A stretch of 64,000 nt of DNA from the NCBI GenBank assembly GCA_965267335.1, contig OZ253953.1, positions 1,743,465 to 1,807,464 on the forward strand, in the 5' to 3' direction. The DNA comes from Cytophagales bacterium. GTDB taxonomy: Bacteria; Bacteroidota; Bacteroidia; Cytophagales; JAAEPT01. The position numbers and the translations under genes are program-made. Within the stretch, counting starts at the first letter, position 1. Every line of letters begins with the position of its first letter. This document shows positions 10,430 to 19,920 of the stretch, in pieces. A model generated the notes under the pieces. It worked only from the letters and a program-made list of their open reading frames with translations, did not search any database and was not told where the DNA came from.

Positions 10430-11188
10430 CTACTCGTTTACTTTCTTGATGGCTTTTACTAAGGCGTTGGCAAAAACAAATTCGTTGAACTCGGGTACGT
10501 CAGCGTGAAGTATGTCAGACTTAGTCCCTTCCCAAAGTTTTAACCCTTTGTATAGAAACATAATATATTCACCAATATCCATCATTGAGTTCATGTCATG
10601 CGTAACAATCACGGTTGTAATCCCGAACTCTAAAGTAATTTCGTGAATTAAGGCATCAATTTTTATTGCGGTTAACGGGTCCAGGCCAGAGTTAGGCTCA
10701 TCAACAAAGAGGTATTTCGGGTTCAGAACTATGGCCCTTGCGATCCCTACTCGTTTTTGCATCCCTCCGCTAATTTCTGATGGCATTAGATGGTTTACAT
10801 TGTCCAGTTGGACGCGGTTAAGACATTCGTTGACCCTTTCCAGTTTTTCTTCGTAGGACATTGAAGGTTGGGTCATATCCAGTGGGAACATGACATTTTC
10901 CTCTACTGTCTTTGAATCAAAAAGAGCGCCTCCCTGAAAGAGCATGCCGATTTCGCTTCGAATCTTTTTCTTTTCTTCACTTGAAGCATTGTGAAAATCT
11001 CGTCCGTCATAAAGTACATGACCGGAGTCTGGCTCGAAAAGGCCTACAATGCATTTGAGAAGTACACTTTTTCCTGTTCCACTACCACCGATTATGAGAT
11101 TTGTTTTTCCTTTTTCAAAGGAGCCACTAATTCCCTTTAGAACTTCTTTGTCTCCAAACTTTTTCTTTATGTCTTTAATTTCTATCAA
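10430..11188 (-). CDS. mlaF: ABC transporter ATP-binding protein, MlaF-like
   Basis: Motifs are canonical: Walker A GGSGTGKS, signature SGGMQKRVGIARA, Walker B LFVDEP and H-loop THD. The likely start is the TTG at 11188, which overlaps the TGA stop of the upstream permease (TTGA). The longer ORF from 11242 would overlap the permease by 58 nt. Confidence 0.85.
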   Translation of the reverse strand: MIEIKDIKKKFGDKEVLKGISGSFEKGKTNLIIGGSGTGKSVLLKCIVGLFEPDSGHVLYDGRDFHNASSEEKKKIRSEIGMLFQGGALFDSKTVEENVMFPLDMTQPSMSYEEKLERVNECLNRVQLDNVNHLMPSEISGGMQKRVGIARAIVLNPKYLFVDEPNSGLDPLTAIKIDALIHEITLEFGITTVIVTHDMNSMMDIGEYIMFLYKGLKLWEGTKSDILHADVPEFNEFVFANALVKAIKKVNE

Positions 11189-11919
11189 TCCTGAAGAATT
11201 AATTGAGCAAGAATAAAATCGGCTAATAAAATGGCAATACAACTATGAGTTACAGCAACGGTACTAGCCTTTCCTACCTCAAGTGCACCACCTCGGGTAT
11301 AAAATCCTCGGTAAGAAGATATGGATGTAATCAATATGGCAAATACAAAAGCTTTGATAAGCCCGAACCAAATATTTAGCTCTCTAAAGTCGTATGTGAG
11401 TCCGAATGTGTATTCGTATGGTGTTAAAATCCCGGTAAAAACCCCGGCAAGATATCCACCGATGATGCAAAGAAAGTTGGCCAGAATGACCAGTAAAGGG
11501 ATTGTAATGATCGCGGCAATTATTTTAGGCAGTACCAGATAAGAGGAAGAATTGATCCCCATGACTTCGAGAGCGTCAATTTGCTCGGTCACGCGCATGG
11601 TTCCTAGGCCACCGGCAATATTGGATCCTACCTTTCCAGCCAAAACAATACAGGTTATAGTCGGTGCAAACTCAAGAGTAGCCATATCCCTTACTAGAGT
11701 TCCGATAATGTAATCAGGTACTAATGGGCTTACAAGATTGTATGCTGTTTGTATGGCAGACACCGCACCAAGGAAAGTCGAAACGATTGACACAATAAAA
11801 ACAGAATCAATCCCAATGTATATGCACTCCTCAATGGTCTGCTTGACATATACTGAAAACCGCTCCCTGTTTGTAAACAGACTTCCGAAAAAAATTGAAA
11901 ACTTACCAATGCCTTTCAT
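11185..11919 (-). CDS. mlaE: ABC transporter permease, MlaE-like
   Basis: 244 aa polytopic protein with a GGLGTMRVTEQIDALEVMG motif typical of the MlaE/Ttg2B family, immediately upstream of the MlaF-like ATPase. Confidence 0.85.
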   Translation of the reverse strand: MKGIGKFSIFFGSLFTNRERFSVYVKQTIEECIYIGIDSVFIVSIVSTFLGAVSAIQTAYNLVSPLVPDYIIGTLVRDMATLEFAPTITCIVLAGKVGSNIAGGLGTMRVTEQIDALEVMGINSSSYLVLPKIIAAIITIPLLVILANFLCIIGGYLAGVFTGILTPYEYTFGLTYDFRELNIWFGLIKAFVFAILITSISSYRGFYTRGGALEVGKASTVAVTHSCIAILLADFILAQLILQD

Positions 11920-12018
11920 AAAGAATTACCCGCTTCGGTTTTGTGAAAATAGTCAGCTTTAATCGAATTTCTTAGACAATTGCCTATATTTCTGACAGAA
12001 AATAAGAATAATTACCTT

Positions 12019-12723
12019 ATGAGTAAAACGATTGTAGTTACAGGAGGAACCAAAGGAATTGGGAGAGCGATTATTGAAAAGTTTGCTCTTAACGGTTATA
12101 ACATATTTACCTGTGCACGTAATGAGGACGATCTTACAAAGCTAAAGGTGAAAGTGGAAAAATTGGGAGTGAGAGTAAGTGTGCTTTCAGCTGACCTTAG
12201 TCAACGCGAGGAGCAAAAAAGATTTGTGAATTTCGTGCAGTCCGAAAGTAATTCTGTGGATGTTTTGGTGAACAACACAGGTGTTTTTATTCCCGGTATG
12301 GTACATCAGGAGGAAGAGGGGGCTTTAGAGCAGCAGGTTGCAACGAATCTCTACAGTGCTTACCATGTAACAAGAGGGTTGATATCCCGAATGATTAAAA
12401 AGAAGGAAGGCGATATCTTCAATATATGTTCTACGGCCAGTATCGTTCCTTATATCAATGGAGGCTCTTATTGTATAACAAAATATGCGCTCTTAGGCAT
12501 GACAAAAGTGCTTAGAGAAGAAATGAAAGAAAAAGGAATCCGTGTCATGGCTGTCTTGCCGGGAGCCACCCTAACCGCGAGTTGGGAGGGAACGGATCTA
12601 CCTGAAGCCCGATTTATGAAACCCGAAGATGTTGCGGAAGCAGTTTGGTCCTCACATAACTTAAGTCGACAAACGGTAGTTGAAGAGATTCTTATCCGTC
12701 CGCAACTAGGAGATTTAGGCTAA
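12019..12723 (+). CDS. SDR family oxidoreductase
   Basis: Contains TGGTKGIG (Rossmann TGxxxGIG), NNTG and YxxxK (YCITK). The ATG at 12019 is preferred over the TTG at 11980. Confidence 0.85.
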   Translation: MSKTIVVTGGTKGIGRAIIEKFALNGYNIFTCARNEDDLTKLKVKVEKLGVRVSVLSADLSQREEQKRFVNFVQSESNSVDVLVNNTGVFIPGMVHQEEEGALEQQVATNLYSAYHVTRGLISRMIKKKEGDIFNICSTASIVPYINGGSYCITKYALLGMTKVLREEMKEKGIRVMAVLPGATLTASWEGTDLPEARFMKPEDVAEAVWSSHNLSRQTVVEEILIRPQLGDLG

Positions 12724-12755
12724 ACAATTCTATCTTTGAGTTGTTCTAATTATAC

Positions 12756-14681
12756 TTGAATCAGTCGAAAATATATTGCCCCAGTCTGACTTCTTACGAG
12801 CGCAGATTAACCCACGAGTTTTCCATTGGTGATGTGGCTATTGGCGGTAATAATCCCATTCGGGTTCAATCCATGACTACGGTCGATACCATGGATACCA
12901 AGGGAAGTATTGATCAATGTATCCGAATGATAGAAAGTGGATGCGAGTATATCAGAATCACTGCTCCAAGCATTAAGGAAGCACAAAACTTGCAGAACAT
13001 CAAAAAAGGATTGCGGGATGCTGGGTTTTCTACACCCCTCATAGCAGATATTCATTATACACCCAATGCGGCAGAGTTAGCTGCTCGGATAGTTGAAAAA
13101 GTCAGGGTTAATCCGGGTAATTATGCGGACAAGAAAAAGTTCGAAGTACTGGAATACGATGATGCAAGTTATCAGGCAGAATTGGATCGTATTAGAGAGA
13201 AGTTTAGTCCCCTGGTCGACATTTGTAAAGAATATGGTACAGCCATGCGTATTGGCACCAACCATGGTTCGTTGTCGGACAGAATTTTAAGCAGATTCGG
13301 AGACACTCCATTGGGGATGGTGGAGTCTGCCCTAGAGTTTTTGCGGATATGTGATGATATGAACTATCACAATATCGTTCTGTCGATGAAGGCCAGTAAC
13401 ACCCAGGTTATGGTGCAGGCCTATCGTTTGCTTGTAAATAAACTGAATGAAGAAGGACTGAAACCTTACCCGCTGCATCTTGGTGTTACAGAAGCAGGAG
13501 AAGGAGAAGACGGAAGAATTAAATCTGCTGTAGGAATCGGAGCCTTACTTGAAGATGGACTTGGAGATACTGTTCGTGTATCATTGACCGAAGAACCTGA
13601 ATTCGAAGCCCCCGTAGCACAAAAACTTATTGATCGATATACCAATCGCGTTCCACATGAGGCAATACCAGAAATGGAAGAACTTCCCTATGACCCTTAT
13701 TCATACTCGAGAAGGGAAACGAGTGAAGTGATGAACTTTGGAGGAAGTAATGTTCCCCGAGTGATAGCAGATTTGCAGGGACAGGATATAACTATCGAGT
13801 CGATGGCCTCGATTGGGCATCACTATCTGAATGCAACAGATAAATGGACGATGACTGATCAGGGCGCGGATTATGTGTATACGGGTAGCCAGGAAATTCC
13901 TTTCATGCTACCCAATGGTTTGAAACAAATTATTGACTACTCTCAGTGGCTAAAGGAGAAGAACGCTGAAGTATATCCTCTGTTAACAATTTCTGAAATT
14001 CTGGAAAATGGGGATTTGCATCATCAGTTGAATTTTTTGAAATGTTCGGCAGCTGATATAGATGACTCAGTTTTGAAGAAAATTGGTAGCTACAAGAATG
14101 TGGTTTTATTACTCGCAACCGATAACAAGCATGCAATGGCTGACTTGAGGTCGGCATTAATCCGTGTAGAATTGGCGAGCTGTAGTTGGCCGGTCGCCAT
14201 CGTACGTAATTATGATCTTGCTGATGAGCAGCTATTACAATTGTACAGTGCAACTGATGTTGGAGGACTTTTGATTGATGGGTTGGGTGACGGAATCTGT
14301 TTAACGAATACAAGAGGAAATGTAAAAAGTCTCAATCAGCTGGCATTTGGAATTTTACAGGCTGCCCGAACCCGGATGACAAAGACGGAGTATATTTCCT
14401 GTCCGTCATGTGGAAGAACACTTTTTGATTTGCAAGAAACCACTGCCATGATAAGGAAACGGACCGATCACCTCAAAGGAGTGAAAATTGGCATTATGGG
14501 ATGTATTGTGAATGGTCCCGGTGAAATGGCGGATGCTGATTACGGTTATGTGGGTTCAGGTAAAGGTAAGATTACTCTCTACCGTGGTCAGGAAGTCGTC
14601 AAAAGATCAGTGCCATCTGAAAATGCAGTGGATGAATTGATTGAACTGATTCGAGAAGATGGTAACTGGATAGAATTATGA
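12756..14681 (+). CDS. ispG: 4-hydroxy-3-methylbut-2-en-1-yl diphosphate synthase, long form with inserted domain
   Basis: Conserved IspG segments are present: PIRVQSMT, the TIM-barrel part, and the C-terminal 4Fe-4S domain CPSCGRT...GCIVNGPGE. At 641 aa it contains the extra central domain known from long-form IspG. The start is TTG. Confidence 0.9.
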   Translation: MNQSKIYCPSLTSYERRLTHEFSIGDVAIGGNNPIRVQSMTTVDTMDTKGSIDQCIRMIESGCEYIRITAPSIKEAQNLQNIKKGLRDAGFSTPLIADIHYTPNAAELAARIVEKVRVNPGNYADKKKFEVLEYDDASYQAELDRIREKFSPLVDICKEYGTAMRIGTNHGSLSDRILSRFGDTPLGMVESALEFLRICDDMNYHNIVLSMKASNTQVMVQAYRLLVNKLNEEGLKPYPLHLGVTEAGEGEDGRIKSAVGIGALLEDGLGDTVRVSLTEEPEFEAPVAQKLIDRYTNRVPHEAIPEMEELPYDPYSYSRRETSEVMNFGGSNVPRVIADLQGQDITIESMASIGHHYLNATDKWTMTDQGADYVYTGSQEIPFMLPNGLKQIIDYSQWLKEKNAEVYPLLTISEILENGDLHHQLNFLKCSAADIDDSVLKKIGSYKNVVLLLATDNKHAMADLRSALIRVELASCSWPVAIVRNYDLADEQLLQLYSATDVGGLLIDGLGDGICLTNTRGNVKSLNQLAFGILQAARTRMTKTEYISCPSCGRTLFDLQETTAMIRKRTDHLKGVKIGIMGCIVNGPGEMADADYGYVGSGKGKITLYRGQEVVKRSVPSENAVDELIELIREDGNWIEL

Positions 14682-14785
14682 AAATTCTGAATTTTTAGAT
14701 ATCTTTTCTATTCGTGTCTCGTAAAAATCAGAGACAATCAGCTATTAACTATCAACTTATTAGGTAACCAAAAATAAAACTTGCT

Positions 14786-17700
14786 ATGAAGAAAATACTA
14801 CTAAGCTTAATGCTGTGTGGCAGCACGATTACTATGCTATTTGGGCAAACCGTGCCTATACCTAACGGAACGTTCGAGTCCTGGTTAACGACCGGAAGTT
14901 TTGAACATCCGGTATTCCCTGATGCCCCTTTTGCATCATCCAACCACGAATATTTTTATACAGATACTGTCATAAATGTGTATGAGACTGATGGTTCTAC
15001 GGGTTCAGGTATTACTGTCGAGAATATGTTAAACTCTAAAGGCGACACATTAGGAGCCTGGGCGTCAATTGGAATAGTAGGTGATGATTTTGGTCCTGGG
15101 GCTCCATTGAACGGGGTTGATATGATTACCGGAGTATCCTTTGATGTGCGATATGATCTTGATGCAAGCAGTACAGGATTATTTCTTGCCTTGCCTATGA
15201 CCGGAGGTGCGCCTTCGGGTCCGGGAATGCTGCCTGATCCTGCAGGTGTGTATGTGACCTTCGTTTCAGGAAGTCAATCTACATATACTACTGTTACATT
15301 GAATTTTTTCCCTGCATTGACGCAGGCACCAGACGAGATTGTGATAGCCTGGGCAGCAGGAGACCCTTTTAATCAGTACTTTGTACCTGGTGATTATATT
15401 GATGTTGACAATGTTACTTTGCTAGGCACAACTCAGACCATTGATGGTGCTGATTTTGAAGATTGGGAAGAAACTGGTGCTATTGAATATCCGGAATATT
15501 GGATACCTGAAGAATTTAGCGCATTGGATACAACGGTACTCAAGTCAGAGGATTCGTACGAAGGAGATTATTCACTATTACTTTGCAATACGGATGACGG
15601 TTCGGGAGATGTTGATGAAGTAGGGGGTGTGAATTTGGGGCAAATCGAATGGGACACTACGGGGTCTATATCAGAGCATACTCCAGCAATTGTATTACCA
15701 AGTGGACCTAATTCAGTTGGTGTTCGTTACAAAAGAACTTCATCGGGAGCCGATACTGCCAGGATGTCTCTCACATTTACACACTATTATTCTCCGCAGG
15801 ATTCATTTGCTGTTGTTGGGTATGATGAAATTGTTTTCCCTCCGGGTAGTGATTGGGAATATGCAACTTCAGTCATTGCTGGCTTTTCGGACACCCCGGA
15901 ATACGTGTTTATTAGGATAGAAAATGGTGATAACTACATGGGGACACCTATGCTTGATAGTAAGCTATGGGTTGATGACGTTCGTTTTCACTATTGTGAT
16001 GATTCAGCAGAGGTTGATGGTCCGAACTTGCTGTGCACTGGTCAAACCAGTGTTGACTACACGGTAACGGACGAATTTGCTTCTGGATATTTGTGGTCAG
16101 CGCCATTTGGTTCTATAAACTCAGGTACAACAAGCCAGACGGTTAACGTTGATGTTACTGCGAGTTCAGATGATAGTGTTTGGGTGACCAAAAGTTACAT
16201 AGACGGTTGTCCGGATGCTGAATTTTATTTGCCGCTAACGATAGGGGCGACTGCTGTTGCTCAGGCAGGACCTGATGAAACGGTTTGTTCTAATGAAGAT
16301 GTGTGGCTCGAAGGAAATGTTGGAGGTACAACCACAGGAACCTGGACTTCAAGTGGATCTGGTAGCTTTGATGATGCTAATTCGTTGGATGCTACCTACT
16401 CGCCTAGTGGAACAGATCTTGCAGCAGGATCGGTGACCCTTACTTTGACTACCGTAGGAGGTTCCTGTGGAACAGCCAATGATGATGTTGTAATTACTTT
16501 CACTGCAGAACCAACAGCAGATGCTGGTGCCGACCAAGTTATTTGTGAAGGCTCGACTGTTTCCCTGGTTGGCAATAATACAAACTCAACCGGCTTGATG
16601 TGGTCTGGGGGTGATGGTTCATTCTCACCCAATACCGTTACTGCAAGCGTAACTTACACTCCATCAGCCAATGATATTGATGACGGTGAAGTTGAGTTGT
16701 ACCTGACCACCACAGGTAACGGTGTGTGTGAAGCTGCAGAGGATACGGTGCTAATCACAATTGATGGAATGCCAACGGCTGATGCAGGCGTAGATCATTC
16801 GATTTGTGCCGGAACGACCAGTATGCAGTCTGGAACACATGCGAATTCTACGGGTGTAGTGTGGAGTACTTCCGGTTCAGGCACATTTGATAACAACACT
16901 TTAACTAATACCACTTACACACCATCAGGTGCGGATGAGTCTGCTGGTACAGTGACTCTTACTATGACGACAACAGGAAATGGAGTATGTAGCGCAGTAA
17001 CGGATGATGTTGTTATTACAATCACTCCTCTGCCGACAGCATCAGCTGGAAGTGATCAGACTATATGTTCGAATGCAGACGCTTCCCTTTCCGGTTCCAG
17101 TACCAATTCCGTTAGTATTCAATGGTCAGGAGGCACAGGTACTTATGCTCCCGACAATATGACCGCGACTGCTGACTATACCCCTTCGGCCGGTGAGATT
17201 ACTGCTGGTTCGGTGACCTTGACTATTACAGCGACTAGTGCGACCTGCGGTATGGCCAGTGATGATGTTGTAATTACAATAGAAGACGCTCCAACAGTTG
17301 ATGCCGGAACCAATCAGTCCGGATGTGGAGGACTAACCTTATCTGGAACAGTAGGAGGAAGTGCGACAGGAGGAGTATGGTCAAGTGATGGTACGGGTAC
17401 ATTTTCACCAAGCACGACCGATCTCAATGCAACTTATACTGCTTCGGCAGCAGATGTGAGTACAGGTACGGTAAATATTACGTTAACTACTTCCGGTTCT
17501 ACGGCTTGTACTGCAGTATCTGATGTTACTGTTCTTACTGTTTCTGCGGGACCTACGGCTGATGCTGGTACGGATTTTATCTCTTGTATCTCGAGTACAT
17601 TTAGTTTGTCTGGAAGTATAACAGTTTCCACTACAGCAACCTGGACCTCCAGCGGAACGGGTACTTTTGATGATGCCAATTCTTTGAATGCAAATTATAC

Positions 17701-18070
17701 ACCATCAGCTGCAGATGAAAGTGCAGGAACCGTGACATTGACATTGACAACTACTGACAATGGAGCATGTTCAGCAGCCGTAGATGATGTGGTAGTTACC
17801 TTGTCAGCTTGCCCGGCAGTTGATCCAGCTCTTTCAACTGCCCTGATAGTTTCACCAAATCCAACACTTGGTGTGGTGAATGTTACTCTAGATGAAGCGG
17901 TAGGTGAGATCAATATATCGATCGTGAATGAATTGCAACAAGTTGTTGCATCGGGTAGTGGCCCGGCTTCAGGCACCACACTAGATTTAAGCCATCTTGC
18001 TTCAGGAGTTTACGTCTTGATAGTGGAGAGTGATGAAGGTGTAGCTATTAAACGAATTATCAAAAACTAG
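14786..18070 (+). CDS. large secreted repeat protein (adhesin-like) with T9SS C-terminal sorting domain
   Basis: 1094 aa with a signal peptide. Two N-terminal jelly-roll-like segments carry F-E-x-W motifs. Six tandem Cys-containing repeats of about 87 aa follow. The C-terminal roughly 80 aa (SPNPTLGVVNV...VYVLIVESDEGVAIKRIIKN) is typical of T9SS sorting domains. Confidence 0.85.
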   Translation: MKKILLSLMLCGSTITMLFGQTVPIPNGTFESWLTTGSFEHPVFPDAPFASSNHEYFYTDTVINVYETDGSTGSGITVENMLNSKGDTLGAWASIGIVGDDFGPGAPLNGVDMITGVSFDVRYDLDASSTGLFLALPMTGGAPSGPGMLPDPAGVYVTFVSGSQSTYTTVTLNFFPALTQAPDEIVIAWAAGDPFNQYFVPGDYIDVDNVTLLGTTQTIDGADFEDWEETGAIEYPEYWIPEEFSALDTTVLKSEDSYEGDYSLLLCNTDDGSGDVDEVGGVNLGQIEWDTTGSISEHTPAIVLPSGPNSVGVRYKRTSSGADTARMSLTFTHYYSPQDSFAVVGYDEIVFPPGSDWEYATSVIAGFSDTPEYVFIRIENGDNYMGTPMLDSKLWVDDVRFHYCDDSAEVDGPNLLCTGQTSVDYTVTDEFASGYLWSAPFGSINSGTTSQTVNVDVTASSDDSVWVTKSYIDGCPDAEFYLPLTIGATAVAQAGPDETVCSNEDVWLEGNVGGTTTGTWTSSGSGSFDDANSLDATYSPSGTDLAAGSVTLTLTTVGGSCGTANDDVVITFTAEPTADAGADQVICEGSTVSLVGNNTNSTGLMWSGGDGSFSPNTVTASVTYTPSANDIDDGEVELYLTTTGNGVCEAAEDTVLITIDGMPTADAGVDHSICAGTTSMQSGTHANSTGVVWSTSGSGTFDNNTLTNTTYTPSGADESAGTVTLTMTTTGNGVCSAVTDDVVITITPLPTASAGSDQTICSNADASLSGSSTNSVSIQWSGGTGTYAPDNMTATADYTPSAGEITAGSVTLTITATSATCGMASDDVVITIEDAPTVDAGTNQSGCGGLTLSGTVGGSATGGVWSSDGTGTFSPSTTDLNATYTASAADVSTGTVNITLTTSGSTACTAVSDVTVLTVSAGPTADAGTDFISCISSTFSLSGSITVSTTATWTSSGTGTFDDANSLNANYTPSAADESAGTVTLTLTTTDNGACSAAVDDVVVTLSACPAVDPALSTALIVSPNPTLGVVNVTLDEAVGEINISIVNELQQVVASGSGPASGTTLDLSHLASGVYVLIVESDEGVAIKRIIKN
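16259..17815 (+). repeat. six tandem coding repeats of 258-261 bp (about 87 aa each)
   Basis: Repeat starts were read at 16259, 16517, 16778, 17039, 17297 and 17558. The shared pattern is A-D-A-G-x-D-x-x-x-C ... W-S/T-S-x-G-x-G-x-F ... Y-T-P-S ... G-x-V-x-L-T-L-T-T ... C ... D-D-V-V-I-T. The copies are diverged at the DNA level. Confidence 0.9.
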
Positions 18071-18086
18071 AAAGTCTCATGACAAC

Positions 18087-18125
18087 AAAAAAAGCTCTGG
18101 ATTATTTAATTCAGAGCTTTTTTTA
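18087..18125. terminator. bidirectional intrinsic terminator
   Basis: AAAAAAAGCTCTG-(12 nt loop)-CAGAGCTTTTTTT lies between two convergent genes. The stem is flanked by an A-run and a T-run. Confidence 0.8.
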
Positions 18126-18347
18126 TTCAATACGTATAGTCGGTCCTTTGCTATCATCATCATCGTTGTTTTGTTTATTGCCTCTGATGATATACATAAC
18201 GGCTCCTGCAATAGCAAAAATAAGAAGCAGGTATAAAGCTACTTTCAAAAGGAAAATAAAAAGGTATACAAACCCGATAAGTACAAGAACACCAATCAGA
18301 ATTTGAATAGCTCTTTTTAACTGATCATCTAATTCGTTGAAGTTCAT
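18123..18347 (-). CDS. small 2-TM membrane protein (hypothetical)
   Basis: 74 aa with two clear hydrophobic helices and an acidic tail. It ends at the bidirectional terminator. It is preferred over the overlapping plus-strand ORF 18079..18306, which would run through the hairpin. Confidence 0.5.
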   Translation of the reverse strand: MNFNELDDQLKRAIQILIGVLVLIGFVYLFIFLLKVALYLLLIFAIAGAVMYIIRGNKQNNDDDDSKGPTIRIE

Positions 18348-18663
18348 TTGCGGCTTCTGATTACTTTATACTTAGATTCAGAAAATGGAATTAGGTTTCC
18401 GTCCGCAATTTAGGAAATAATCAAAGTCGGAATAACTTTTTTAAAGGAGTGATCATCAAATCCTGGTACATCTTTATGTTGTACCGAAGTGATTCCTTTG
18501 TTTTTGGTTTCTTTATGAATACTAAAAAAATGACGAACATATTGCTAATTATTGTTTCCAACAATTACTCAATACTAATGCCAATTACTCAAAAAGAACA
18601 GAACGGCTTATCCAATGCAGCTTTTAGACGGATGAAGTACTATTACCAGCCAGTAAACGATAT

Positions 18664-19767
18664 CTAATTTTCGTCCTTTTTTCTCCCCAAATTCCTTAGT
18701 ACGGAGACATGTGACCATAAAGCGCTACGGAATGTCTTTTTTGTATGATAAGGGAAATCATACTCTTCAGCTGTCTGACGGACGATTTTTGATAACTCGC
18801 TGTAGTGTACGTGACTTACATTTGGCAGCAAATGATGCTCGACCTGATGATTCAGTCCACCTGTGTACCAGCCAATCAATCTATTGTTCATAGCAAAGTT
18901 TGCAGTGGTGTGAAGCTGATGTAGGGCCCATGAAAAATCCAATTGTCCGTTTTCATTTGCATCTGGTTGTTCCGTGCCTTCAACGAGGTGAGCCATTTGA
19001 AATACGCTGCTCAGAATTAGTCCGGCAACAAAGTGAATGAATAAGAATCCAAGAAGTATGCCCCACCAGGGTAGGTCAACGAAAACCATTGGGAGAGAGA
19101 TGAATATTCCCAAATAGACTAATCTGAATAATATGAGCATGAAGAACTCTTGATTGAAATTAGAACCATATTTTTCTATTAATCCTTTTTTCTTGTATTG
19201 AAGCAGGTCTACGAAGTCACCAACTAGGAATGCTAGCGATGTAAACATATAAAAGAAAAAGGCATAGATATACTGATACCGATGAACCCACCATAGGGGA
19301 GCCTTAAAGGATAGCCTAAGCAATGCTTTACTTTCTATATCATGATCCATACCATGGACATTTGTATAAGTATGGTGAAGGATATTGTGTTTGACCTTCC
19401 AGGGGAAAATTGCAGCTCCGATCAGGTATGAGCTATGAGACACAATTCGATTGATTTTTTTGTTGGCGCTGAAGGTTCCATGTATGGAGTCATGCATGAC
19501 GCAGAATCCAATGCCTGCCTTTGCAACTCCGATAACAAGCGCAAATATTAAGTATAACCACCATGGAGCATTAAGGGTAAGGATTAGTACGAATGGAGCG
19601 ATGTAGAGGGAAAACATTATTAAGGCCTTTAGTATGATCCCTGAGCCACCAAATTTGCTCTTGCCTGTTTTGCTAAAATATTGTTCAACTCGTTGCTTAA
19701 GTGTCGTGTAAAACGAGTTGTCACCGTTATTAAATTTCATATTTATTAAATTGTCCTTGGATTGCAA
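18664..19767 (-). CDS. membrane fatty acid desaturase family protein
   Basis: Three histidine boxes (HDSIHG, HNILHHTYTN, HQVEHHL) separated by hydrophobic spans. Confidence 0.85.
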   Translation of the reverse strand: MQSKDNLINMKFNNGDNSFYTTLKQRVEQYFSKTGKSKFGGSGIILKALIMFSLYIAPFVLILTLNAPWWLYLIFALVIGVAKAGIGFCVMHDSIHGTFSANKKINRIVSHSSYLIGAAIFPWKVKHNILHHTYTNVHGMDHDIESKALLRLSFKAPLWWVHRYQYIYAFFFYMFTSLAFLVGDFVDLLQYKKKGLIEKYGSNFNQEFFMLILFRLVYLGIFISLPMVFVDLPWWGILLGFLFIHFVAGLILSSVFQMAHLVEGTEQPDANENGQLDFSWALHQLHTTANFAMNNRLIGWYTGGLNHQVEHHLLPNVSHVHYSELSKIVRQTAEEYDFPYHTKKTFRSALWSHVSVLRNLGRKKDEN

Positions 19768-19920
19768 TAAGAATTGCCTGAAAGAAATATAGGAGTGTTT
19801 ACTATGGGGTATTTTTTAAATTACTTAACAACAATTTCTTAAAAAAGTAGCAGTAATCCGAGGATAATTTTCACTTTTTACCAGCCTAAATTGATTGATA
19901 TATTCGTAATTATCTCAAAT

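Noticed and set aside
16259-17815. Regularly spaced repeats of about 260 bp, considered as a possible CRISPR or other non-coding array
   Set aside because: The period is far too long and there is no repeat/spacer alternation. The repeats are in frame and conserved at the protein level. No CRISPR array was seen anywhere in the window.
16349-17979. Several 60-95 aa antisense and alternative-frame ORFs inside the repeat protein gene
   Set aside because: They lie within a long, well-supported ORF with repeated Thr/Gly/Ser/Ala-rich codons, which leaves the other frames open by chance. None has independent features.
18079-18306. 75-aa plus-strand ORF overlapping the 74-aa minus-strand ORF
   Set aside because: It starts right after the upstream stop codon and runs through the terminator hairpin. 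The minus-strand alternative has two clean TM helices and ends at the terminator.
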